This document shows positions 11,500-23,400 of a stretch of DNA of 49,545 nt, piece after piece (the stretch's first letter is position 1; each line of letters starts with the position of its first letter). The notes under the pieces were generated by a model. The model had not been told where the DNA came from and ran no database searches. It saw only the letters and a program-made list of their open reading frames with translations. Both the position numbers and the translations under genes were made by a program. Origin of the DNA: Octopus bimaculoides (taxonomy: Eukaryota); contig NC_068982.1 in NCBI RefSeq assembly GCF_001194135.2, forward strand, positions 35,955,154 to 36,004,698. The letters run 5' to 3'.

Positions 11500-14400
11500 C
11501 TGTATCAGAGTATAAGAATAGAAAAAAATAGAATTTTAGCTCTGATCTAGAGATATATATATGAATTTCGAATATTTTCACAAGGTCAGAAATTTGAGGA
11601 GAGCCACAGTTGATTAAATTCATCCCCTTCATATTATGTGTACTTATTTTATCAAGCCTGTAGCGATGAAGGGTAAAGTGAACCTAGGTAAGATTTGAAT
11701 GTAAAAGAACAACATTAAATGCTACAAATTGTTTAATATTAGTGTCTGTGTAACTTGTAAAGAACAAATATCTCAAGAGACTTCATTTGAAAGGCACCAT
11801 TTTTTATTTTCCTCATTAAGTCATTTAGCCCAATTCAACAAAGCTTAACAGTATGAGATGTTTAGTATTTGGCTCGCTATATTAGTGAAATCAATGCATG
11901 AAACACATTTCTGATGTCTATTTCCTACCAAACAAGCTAAAAGAGAACAATACATATGCTGTTTACCAATTAATAGCTCTGCCTACATGTCATTAAACCT
12001 TTAGCATTTAGACCCGGCAACTAAAGTGAGATGGCAGCCACGCACGTCCAGCTCTGTTAAAAATACTCCTGATGTGTTGGGCAATATAATATGCTTGAGA
12101 AAACCTGTTGAGTCAAGTAAAACCAAAATCGTAGCTGGGGCCGGTGCCCCCTGGTTGGCTCCCATGCCGATGGCATGTAAAAGGCACTATCTGAACATGG
12201 TCGATGCCAGGTCCGCCTGACTGGCTGCTGTACCAGTGACACGTAAAAAGTACCAACCAATCATGACTGACACCAGTACCCCCTTACTAGTTCCTGTGCC
12301 AGTGGCATGTAAAAAGCACCATCCGAATGTGATCATTGCCAGGTCTGCCTTACTGGCTCATGCCGGTGGCATGTAAAAGCACCCACTACACTCTCGGAGT
12401 GGTTGGCATTAGGAAGGGAATGCAGCTGTAGAAAGTCTGCCAGACCAGATTGGAGCCTGGTGCAGCCACTGGCTCTCCAGACCTCAGTCAAACCGCCCAA
12501 CCCATGCCAGCATGGAAAATGGACTTTAATCGATGATGATGATGATGATGATGATGATATCCAGCTGTTTCATGTTTAAACTGACCAAATCTGGCCTCTT
12601 ACACTTACCCTACAATATCATTCTGAAAATAATCACATTATTGAAATCTCAAAGCTACAAGATAATGCATGATTAATTCAAAGCAATGTGACAGGGTAAT
12701 CTGAATGCTGAAGGTTAAACTAACATTGTCCTAGTAATGTTTCTTTTCACAGACTCATGAGTCCAGCTCAATTTCACCAATCTAAAACAAGACCAATTCC
12801 TTTACATATTATATTTTATTGGGATTTAATGGTCAGATACACTTCTTTCTTTCAGACACCATAAAAGAGTGCATTTTTGGCACTAAGAGCAGAGGAATTA
12901 TTTTGTTAGTATGTAAATCAGTGGTTTTCAACTAGGGTCCAAATGGCCCTTAGGGGTCCATATAAGATTTTGCTGTTAAAATTTATCAGCAATAAATTGA
13001 TTATACTTCTACAATACACAAAATATTTTAACAATTTTTAAAAAACATAATTCTTAATAATATCTAATTATTATAAAAATATAATGATTTTTTAAACAAT
13101 GAACGGTTATGAGGATCCATTTGAGTAAAATAGGAATCAAAGAAGTCCATTGATAAAAAAAATGGTTGAGAAACCTGGTTGATGAAACCTGAGTGGGTAA
13201 TATGGAATTGTAATAATCAGGCCTCTCCTATTAACAGCATAAAGGAGTCATATAACCAAGTTACACATTCAGCTTGTCTAGAGTTTAACAAAATTCTACA
13301 GGACTTTTCATAAACACAGGTTAAAGAATACAGGTTTTACCTTAAGTAAAGGTTTCCATAAAGCATGATCTTGGAACGTTGTGCGTAATTGTTGGACCGA
13401 ACGTGACAAACTGTGCAAACATCGCACAGCTGCTGCTTGAACTTTAACATCACTACTCTCCATGCCATTAGTAATGTGATCAATCAAATTTTCTGTTTCA
13501 ATAATCTGTCAAAAATCAAATAGATTGCATATAAAATTATAGTAACAAACTTGAGAAAACGGTAGTGGGAATGGAGATATTAAAGCACGGTTGAAGTAGT
13601 ATGGCGAGAGAAAAACTGGCTTATGAAAATATTACTATTAATATTCAGTATTAGATGAAATCATTAGTAATAACATATGCTCTCAGCCAAAAACTTGAAT
13701 CACAGACAAATTGTATTGGAGAAAAAGAACAGAAATAAATGATATCAACACTAATTATTCAAAGGAAATCCACAGAAATAACATCAACAAAATTAGCATA
13801 GGCATGGCTGTATGATGAAGAAATTTGCTTTGCGCCCACACAGAAATATGGCATACACACAATAATTAATCTTTTATCAAATTTCTTGATGCTTAAACAA
13901 GATGATGAAAAGAAAAATATTACCTTAAAATGTAATTAAATAAAAATTTGTTCTCCTTTGTATAACTCTTCTAATTACTCTATCATTTACTCCCTCTCTT
14001 ACTCTGTGTGTGTATGTATGTAGCATTCTTTCACTCTTTGTCTGCTATCAAACCTCATATGTGTACTCATGCTGCACCTCTTATGTTAACTTGTTCTGTA
14101 TTTCTCTTTTATTCTCTCTCTCTCTCTCTCTCTCTTTCTATATGAAGTGTGACTGGAAAAATCAACCAACCAATCCAGATTTATATCAGCAACTATTATT
14201 ATTAAGGTGGTAAGCTAGCAGAATCATTAGCAAGTTAGACAAAATACTTAGTGGCATTTCATCCATCTTTAGATTCTGAACTCAAATTCCATCAAGGTCG
14301 ACTTTCATCCTTTCAGGGTCGATAAAATAAGTACCAGTTGAGTACTGAGGTTGATGAAATTAGCTAACCCCTTGCGTAGAAATTACTGGTCTTGTGCCAA

Positions 14401-17400
14401 AATCTGAAACCATTATTATAAGGTGGCAGAATCGTTGCCATGCTGGACAAAATGCTTGGCAGCATTTCTTCCTGCTTATACAATCTGAGTTCAAATGCCA
14501 CTGAAACTGACTTCACCTTTCATTCTTTTGGGTTGGATAAAATAAGTAACAATTAAACACTAGGGTCAATCTAATTGACCAGTCTCCTCCCACCAAATTT
14601 CAGGCCTTGTGTCTATAATAGAAAGGATCATTATTGATGTTTTAGTTATTATTAAGGTAACGGGCTGACAGAATTGTTAGCAGGCTAGGCAAAGTGCTTA
14701 GTAGCATTTTATCCATCTTTAGGTTCTGAGTTCAAATTCCACCAAGGTTGACTTTGTCTTTCATCCTTTCAGAGTCAATAAAGTAAGCACCAGTTGAGCA
14801 CTAGGGTTGATATAATTGACTTACAACTTGCTGTCCTTGTCCCACAATTTGAAACCATTATTATTATTATTATACACATGTATTCTACATTGTAATGAAT
14901 AAATTGAATATTGGGGTCTGTGGTTGTTGTTTTTTATACTTAGATGTAACTCAGGGTATATATATATATATTAATTTATTTTTTGGTGCTTATGTTCTCT
15001 TCCCCCCCCCCATTTCTAAAGTCAAACATCATTGTTGTATGTCTATTTTTGCATGTTGACACAGGTTGGATGGTTCATTACAGTTTATGTCAGCTTGCAA
15101 ACACAACAGAAACCCAACTAACTTTGATGTTGTGGTTGAAGTACATTTTATCATGCCAACAGCACAAGAGAATTTGTCACATGTGAGGTGCAGAAAGCAA
15201 GCCCTCCCTCTCTACCCAGTATCAGTTACTATTTAGAGTTATTGCTGTCTTAGACAAAAGCTGACTCGCAATACAGCTTGCACAGTCTATGTCTTGCTTG
15301 CTTGTTCAATTTTTAACATATTTTGTATAGCTGGATGCCTTTTCTATCTCCAGTCATTTTACACAGTGCACTGGGTATAATTTTATCATGCCATCAGCAC
15401 TACAGAGATTATTCCATGCAAGGAGAATTAAAGGATCTGCATAACTCTGTATCAGAGTTACAGCCTTCTTAGACAAACAGCTTGTGATCTGACTTGTAGT
15501 TCCTATGTTTTGCTTGTTTACCTTTTTGCGAATATCTTCATCATTGGCTCCAAGAGAAGCAAATGCTTTGAATGCTGCCTGTTTGAGTTCATTACCCCAA
15601 TGAATATCCTGAAAAAGTCACACAAAAAAAAGGAATAAACAGAAAATGTAAGAAACAAGGTAATAACATAATAAATAAATTTATACAGCAGAGAGAACAT
15701 TATACTAAATACAATCTTCATCTGATGTGTTATTGATATTTAATGTAAGATGCATATTATAAAAATGATTCATTTTAAAAATTATAACAGAATAACTACT
15801 TAGAAATAAGTGTGTGTATAGGATAGTGAATATTTAAAAACAACAACTTTTTCAAATATTCAATATCCAGCATCAATATTCACACTCCATTTTTTTCTTT
15901 TTTTTTTTTGACTGTTGAATGGGTGGAATAGATCTCACAGAAGCTAGCATCCTTTTGCATTCCTTTATCTTCTGGCATACAGAACAACAGAGAAAATTAG
16001 CAAACATTGTTTTTGGCAAGATTTTTATAGTTAATTGCTTTTCCTATCACAAACTACTATACAACATAGAATGGAAGCTTTTTTTTTTTGAACCAACAGT
16101 ACTTTTATTTTGCTGAATTTTAAATTTTATTAGTGTCTCATATTCCATCACAAAATTTGGGACCAAAATTGTAGAATCTATTATAAATGTAAATGCATCT
16201 TAACTCTCATCAGATTTTCAAATTCTGCCACTTAAACTGGGTTTCATGGTGTGAAGTGAATGCATGTTAAATTTTCTTCAACCCAGACCAGCATAAAAAA
16301 CGGGCATTAAAGGTTAAAGGATGATGATGACAGAATCTCAGCCTATCTTAGACAACATTCTCACATAGTTTTGTGGCTACTCCTAACAATTAGATGAACT
16401 GAAGCAATGTAGTATACAATGATCATCCAGTAACACAACAAAAAAAACCATTGTGATTTGAATTCATGATCTATGAATAAGTAATCCAAAATCCAAGTCA
16501 TCCCTTGAACCGTTTAGCTTTCAGATTATTCTGTCAAATGTAATACTTATTTATTCACATTGTTTTGAATTATTCATATTCATGCAGTCGCCATTGCTGC
16601 TGCCACTGTTACCAGCATTATCATCATCTTTTAACATCTGTTTTCCATGCTGGCATGGTTGGACAGTTTGACAGGAGCTGGCCAGCTGGAGAGCTGCCCA
16701 GCCACCAATTGTCTGTTTCAGAAAGGTTTCTACAGCTGGATGCCCTTCCTAATGCCAACCACTTTACAGAGTGTACTGGGTGCTTTTCATGTGGAAAGCA
16801 CTATATTGTAGGCATGAGATTTCAATGACATGATTGTTTATTTTTAGAATGATATTGTAGGGTAGGTATGAGCGGTCAGATCTGGCATGTTTAAACATAA
16901 AACAAGTAGAATATCTGGGCCTGATATGGCCAGTTTAAATACTAATGGTTTAAGTTGATTCCAGCAGGATATGAACACAGAAATAGAAGGTATCAAACTA
17001 GTTTGCAATAAAATGACTAGTTTGGTACAATCCATTTAAAATGAAATACTAGAACAATAAAACAACATACTTTTTTTTGTGTGTTCTGTGTACTACTGAT
17101 CTGTTGGACACTGGTGTATTTTAAATAATCAGATAGAGTTCGAATTAGGTGATCTGAAATGGAAGCCACTTTCTGCAGCTCAGAGTTTACTTCAATGAGA
17201 TACGCTAGAGTTTCTGCTCCTTCCACATTTTCTTCTAAAGTACGGTCCTTCTTGCACATACGAATTAAAGTAGGTAAAGTCTGTGAAAGAGAAAACGATA
17301 ATAATGTATTTAGAATAATAAGCTAATGAATTTCTTTATTATGTTACAAATCAAATATTCTTAAAAGGCATCAGTAATTTCTAGCCTGAATAAATTTGAA

Positions 17401-20400
17401 CCACGTAATATAGTCAATTTAATCAGTATGCTACACGAATATACATCAACCTAGGAAAGTTGAATAACAAAGCAAATAGAAAGTTGAATAGCAAAGCAGA
17501 TGGAAAGAGTAAATGCAGAGAATAAAGAAATATAACTTAATAATGCAAAATATTAGTACAGTATTAAGCCATCCACTACTCAAGAAGTAATAATAATAAA
17601 TATACTTATGAATAAACTCTTAAAATTATTTGTAATGGGCAACAGAAGCGGAATTAGTTCATAATAGCAATCTGGGTATCATATTTAAAGCATATACATC
17701 GTTGAAAGCCTGCTGAACTGCAGTATTCATCACAAGACAGCATCATGAGATGAACTGCAGTTTAACAGGCTTTCAATGATGTATCTGCTTTATCTATGAT
17801 ACACAGCATCCAGCTACAGAAACCTAGCCAAAGCTTACAGTAGAGCTTGGCACAGTCCTCTGGCTTGCCAGCTCCTGTGACAGCCCAACACATGCCAGCT
17901 TAGAAAACAAACGTTAAATGATGATGATATTGATGTTATACCAATTTATTTAAGTATGAAAGAATAAAACTTGCGCTTATATATATATATATGTGTGTAT
18001 ATATATATATATATACAATTTTATAAACCTAATATAAACAAAAAATAAAGTCGACTCTACTTGATTTCACTTCATAATCATGAAACATCAAAACAAGTTG
18101 AGTAATATGACATACAGAAATAGCTGTGTGGTTAAGTTCACTTCACAACTACAGGGTTTGGGGTTCAGTCCCACTGCATGACACTCTTTACTGTCAGTGC
18201 TATCTCTGCTACCCAAGTTATATTAATGATGATGATACATATTACTATTTGCTAGAAAGCATGAAACTTTAAGTTTAAAGGATAGACAATAGAAATTGTT
18301 GCTTTCCTACATTTCTCATGAAGACTAGAATAATATACAAGCAGGTTTCTCAATAAGAAACAAAACCAAATTGAATAAAATAAAAAGAAAAAGTAAAAGA
18401 CTATTATATTACTAAAAGAAGTTATACTCTAAGAATATTTATTTGTCCTAGTATGAAAACCACCTGACTGCTTACTAGTTTGTAGTTACTTTGGTGCTAT
18501 ACTACAAATTCTTCTTCTTACCTGCTGTCAGTTAAATGATACAACATATATAGAGTGCTGTTTTTAATCAGAATATATCAAAGCACCAAGGAGGAAATAA
18601 AAACTCATGATTCTTTAAAGAGACTAACATTTTTAACTCAGTTGTTGTCATTCTACATTCAAAGTTAGTTTATGAAGCAGTAATAAAATAGAGGATTTTT
18701 TTGTTCACTTTTTTTTTTTATGCTAGCATGAAGACATTATTCTCTTAAGTTAAGGAATTGATGCCGGAAAGATTTTTTTTAAAGAGATTTACCTTCAACA
18801 TTATTATTGGATCATTAGCCATAAGAGCTCCACCTCGATATAGGTAAGTTAGACATTTAGCAGCAGCCATTTGCATTTCTGATGTTTTATCTCGATTACG
18901 AAGTCGTACAAGCATTTCTGAAATAGTATCTCCTTTGCCATTATCTGAATGAGAAACAAAAAACAAAAACACAGTATATTACCATTTTCAAAATACTTTA
19001 TCTATAAAATCTCAAATTCAAAAAATATAGTAAACAAAATGTTATATATAAAAAAGAAATACCATAGTTAGCAATAGCCTGTGCAACGTCTTCATTTTGG
19101 TAGCACATCACAGAGAAGCAACGAAGAGTTGGCATTTGAACCTAAAAAATATATTTTGTATTAGTTTTCCTATTTTGAGAGAAGTATTGTTACAAAAAAA
19201 AAAATATGGAAACAAAATACCAATAAGAATGTATAAGAATCTTACTTTATAAATATTACACTTCAAGAGTGGAGCTAAAGCTTCAATGGCACCATTACTG
19301 CACAGCATATTTTGATGTTCTGGAGTCTAAGATACAAGTGAAAAAAATTATTACAGGAACATAAAAAAATACAACTAATTTAATTTTTTTTTTAAATTAC
19401 TACAATTCAGAAAATAAAATTAACTCTTAATCTTTGCTTGAATATAATACTTGCAATGTATTTCGTGAAGAATAGTTAAAACAAATTATAAACTGAAAAT
19501 TATGTTCTTTTAAGAGAATTTAAGAGATAAACAGAAAATAAATAGATGAAGTTAACTCTAAGTAGCTGATTAGAATAATACTTGTTTCTAAATATTTATA
19601 TCCAAGTTAAATTTTTTTATTAAATACAGTTTAAAATACAGATTAATATTCTGTATGATACTGCAATAAAACTTTACCAAATAATTTATGCATCAAGTTT
19701 TTGATTTTTGGTAAAATGTTAAAAATTTTGAGAAAGGTATGACCAAATTGAAAGACTTTATTTCTAACTCTAATTAAAGAGGAAATGACTATTATTTCCT
19801 CAATGTATAATAAGTGTTTCTTTACAATTTAGTGGAGTGGGTTAGTCTATTTACACCAACCACAGTTCTAAACTAGTATTTTATCAGAACCTTCAGAGGG
19901 ATGAAAGGCAAAGATAACCTCAGCAGGATCTGAACCCAGAACTTAAAGTAGCAAGACAAATACCATAAAGTAATTTTTTCAGCTTTAACAATTCTACCAG
20001 CTCACCACCTTAAATACTTATTTAATAATAAAATAGGTTTGTAATTATTAAAAAAATACATGATATAATGTTTATAATGGGAACAGTAAATAATTAGAAT
20101 TAAATATATTATAATGTAGTTATCCAGTGACTTTTCTATACTTTCATTTACAGGTTTCCTAACAATAACTCATCCTTAACCTCTATCGTTTGGTATTTTA
20201 CAAGAAACTACTTTGTAATAAATTTTTTAATGTTTCAGTAGAATTACAATAGTTTACAAATAATACAAAAATTAACTTGAATATCTGAAAAGTGGCCATT
20301 AAAAAATAAGTAACTGAGAAATAGACTTTATAGAAAAGTTAATTTAATTAAGAGACAGAATAGAAGAAGCATACATAAAATATAGGTTACCTTGCAACAA

Positions 20401-23400
20401 TTAGCAAATATGGTGGTAACACACTCTTGTGTACAAGATGATTTAGGCAGGACATTAATTAGTAAAGGGATTATACTGGAATCCTGATAACAGAAAATAT
20501 GTGTTTTAGATATCAACTAAATTTGACAATACAATGACATTCTTTTTTTTTTTAATATTAAGTGCAAAAATGCAAACTGAGATAAATTAAAATATATTTT
20601 ATTGTCCATGATGATGTGAGATCGCCATCAATTAAATGTTGGTGAAAGCAGTGTATACTGGAAGATTGGAGAAAGCCTTTGGCAGAGTACCCTGCTGTGT
20701 GATATGGTGGGCTCTGAAGAACCTAGGATTAAATGAGTGGCTTGTCAAAGCTGCACAGGTCATGCAAAGGTTTTGTCAGTAAAGTGAGAGTTAACCAAGA
20801 GTACAGTTATGAATTTAGTGTTCATCAGGGTTTGGTTCTCAGTCACCTCCCATGCATCATTCTTTCCCCCAGACCATAAAAGAGGAATTCAAGACCGGTT
20901 GCCCTTGGGAACTGCTATGCTGATGATCATACTCTCATCGCAAATTCTGTAACAGAACTAGAAAAGAAATTCCAGGTGTGGAAGCAAAACCTGAAATCGA
21001 AGGGCCTTAAAGTTAACTTAGCAAAGAATAAGGTTCTAGTAAGCAAAAAAATGGATAGGACCCTACCTCCATCAGGTAAATGGCCCTGAATGATGTGTAG
21101 GCAGGAATTCTATATAGTGTACCCAATGCAAGCTATGGACACACAAGATGCACAGTGGAATAATAAGAAGGTTCTCAGAGAAAGTAGTATTTGTATGTGG
21201 AAGATGCACAGGAGCCATGGATATATATATATATAATAGACTTCTGTATAGTTAGTCTACTAAACTTCATTCACAAGGTACCATAGTGGGATGGAACCCA
21301 AACCATGTGGTTATGAAATGAACTTCTTAACCTGACAGCTATATTCTTGACAAAGGCCTCAATATATAAAGATCATGATCTCAAGTGACAGGCTAGTGAA
21401 GGTATTAACCAAGTAGATCAATATAACATGAATCTAGAAATGGTCTTTTCACCATCATTATAATAAATATCAACATATGATGTAAACCAAAATAAAAATT
21501 ACTCACCTCAAAAATGTGTTCTTTGGGAGCACTATTACAGAGAAAGACAGTACGAAGACAGCGTAAACAAGCTTCTACATATTTCAGATCATAATTAGCA
21601 AGTCCTGAAAATAAAAATACTTGATAGCTACTTAAATTTCAAACTAGTATTTAGAAGTTAAAGCAAATACAAACAAAAGAATTTTCTTACGTGTAAATAT
21701 TTCACACAAAACATTTACATATGTTCTCTGATCACACTACTCTTACAGTAACAAACATGAAGACCTTAAGAATTTAAATGCAAGTAGATGTTTTGGCTTC
21801 AAATCTTTACTACAGCTCTTAAATCAATAAAATCATAACTAACAAGATATTATTTCTTGCAAATTATTTTGTTTGTTTAACTTCCAACAGAGATTTCAAT
21901 GCAATTTTAGTATCTAACAATCATTATGCTGAGAGACCAAGACTGACTCTAGACAGAAGGAATATTTTACTTTTGAGAAAATTTTCATGAATTTCAACCA
22001 ATGACACAATTTAAAATATTACAAGCACCTTACAAAATATTTCAAATATATAAATGCTATACATTCATTGCCATCATACTTATGAGAGTCAGCCTATAGT
22101 GAGTAGTTTTTACCACTTCATCCCAAGTAGCCCTTGGTCTTTCTGCTCAACAGGTTCTATCAATATTGAGTGCTCAACACTTCTTTATACAACTAACATC
22201 CCTTATACACATCACAAATTCATACCAATATAGTCTTCTCTCGTGCACACTACATTATTCCTCTTATATCAAGTTTGTCGCTCTGTATCCCATTGCTCAT
22301 ACACCTAAGATTTACACATCAAATTCCCACTGATACAAGAGTGATGCTATGGTAAGTATTCACCTGCATCAAACTAAATTACTTAAGCCTGTTATTACAT
22401 GTACATTTAAAAAAGGGCTGGGGCTGAAAAAGTGTTAGTAAAAGAAAAGGGGCAGTAGTTGAAACAAGTCTGTGAAGCAATGCTGCATAATGCAATACCT
22501 ACAACACTTCATTTGAAAGAGAAACATAGATGAAAGAATGTACTCAACTGTTGCCAGCAAGTAATATAGGTACTGAACCAGCTTCTATTAAACTGACAAT
22601 GTTGGCTTCTGTGCCTTTTGATAAACTCCCCAAAACCACAGAGCATTCTATCTTCAGATCCAAAGGGATGTTATCATGCATCATCCACTGAAGTAACCTA
22701 GATAGAAAAATAAAACAAAATATTCAGTAAAACATCCAAAAAAATTGCTTCATGCATTCCACTTTCAAATACATCATAATCCTTGCCAGTTAAACTTGAA
22801 TGTTTTCTTTACTCCAACATTTTAACATCGAAGACATTTTGATTTCATTAAATATTAAGAAAGTCAATCAGAGAAACCAACATCCAATTATTATAGTTCA
22901 GTTCCTGTCATTACTGCTGCCATCCTTCCTATCGTCATTGCCATTATCTTTTTGAGATCTCCCCATTTTGTTTTTTGTACATATGTCAATACTATTTTGA
23001 AATCATATTGGGTTTTTTTCTTCCACGCTATTATAAGTTAGATGGGTTCATAACACAGCATTACTCTGTGCATACCAAGTAAATGCCACCTTATCTGAAG
23101 TACAATCTAACTCAGGTCCTCACTAATTACTATTTTACAAAGTTTTCTCATTTTACCTCTGCAATGGAACATTTCAATAATAATCAATGCCCCTCTTTTG
23201 CATAGTATATACCATACATTTATATTATATGTTCAGACCATTGTAATCTGCTGCATACTTCAGCCATTTGTTAAATTAACACACATTGACAGACTTCACT
23301 TAAACCATTTCTCTTCAATTATTAGATTTTTTTTGTATTCTATGTTATGCTGCCATCTAGTATCACATCTTTGACATACTCATTTGAACTGCTCTCTATA

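Noticed and set aside
18517-18531. CTGACAG-CAG-GTAAG on the minus strand (microexon or recursive splice site look-alike) in intron 9
   Set aside because: No polypyrimidine tract, the intron is short, and the candidate 36-nt exon has an in-frame TGA. Unsupported without RNA data.
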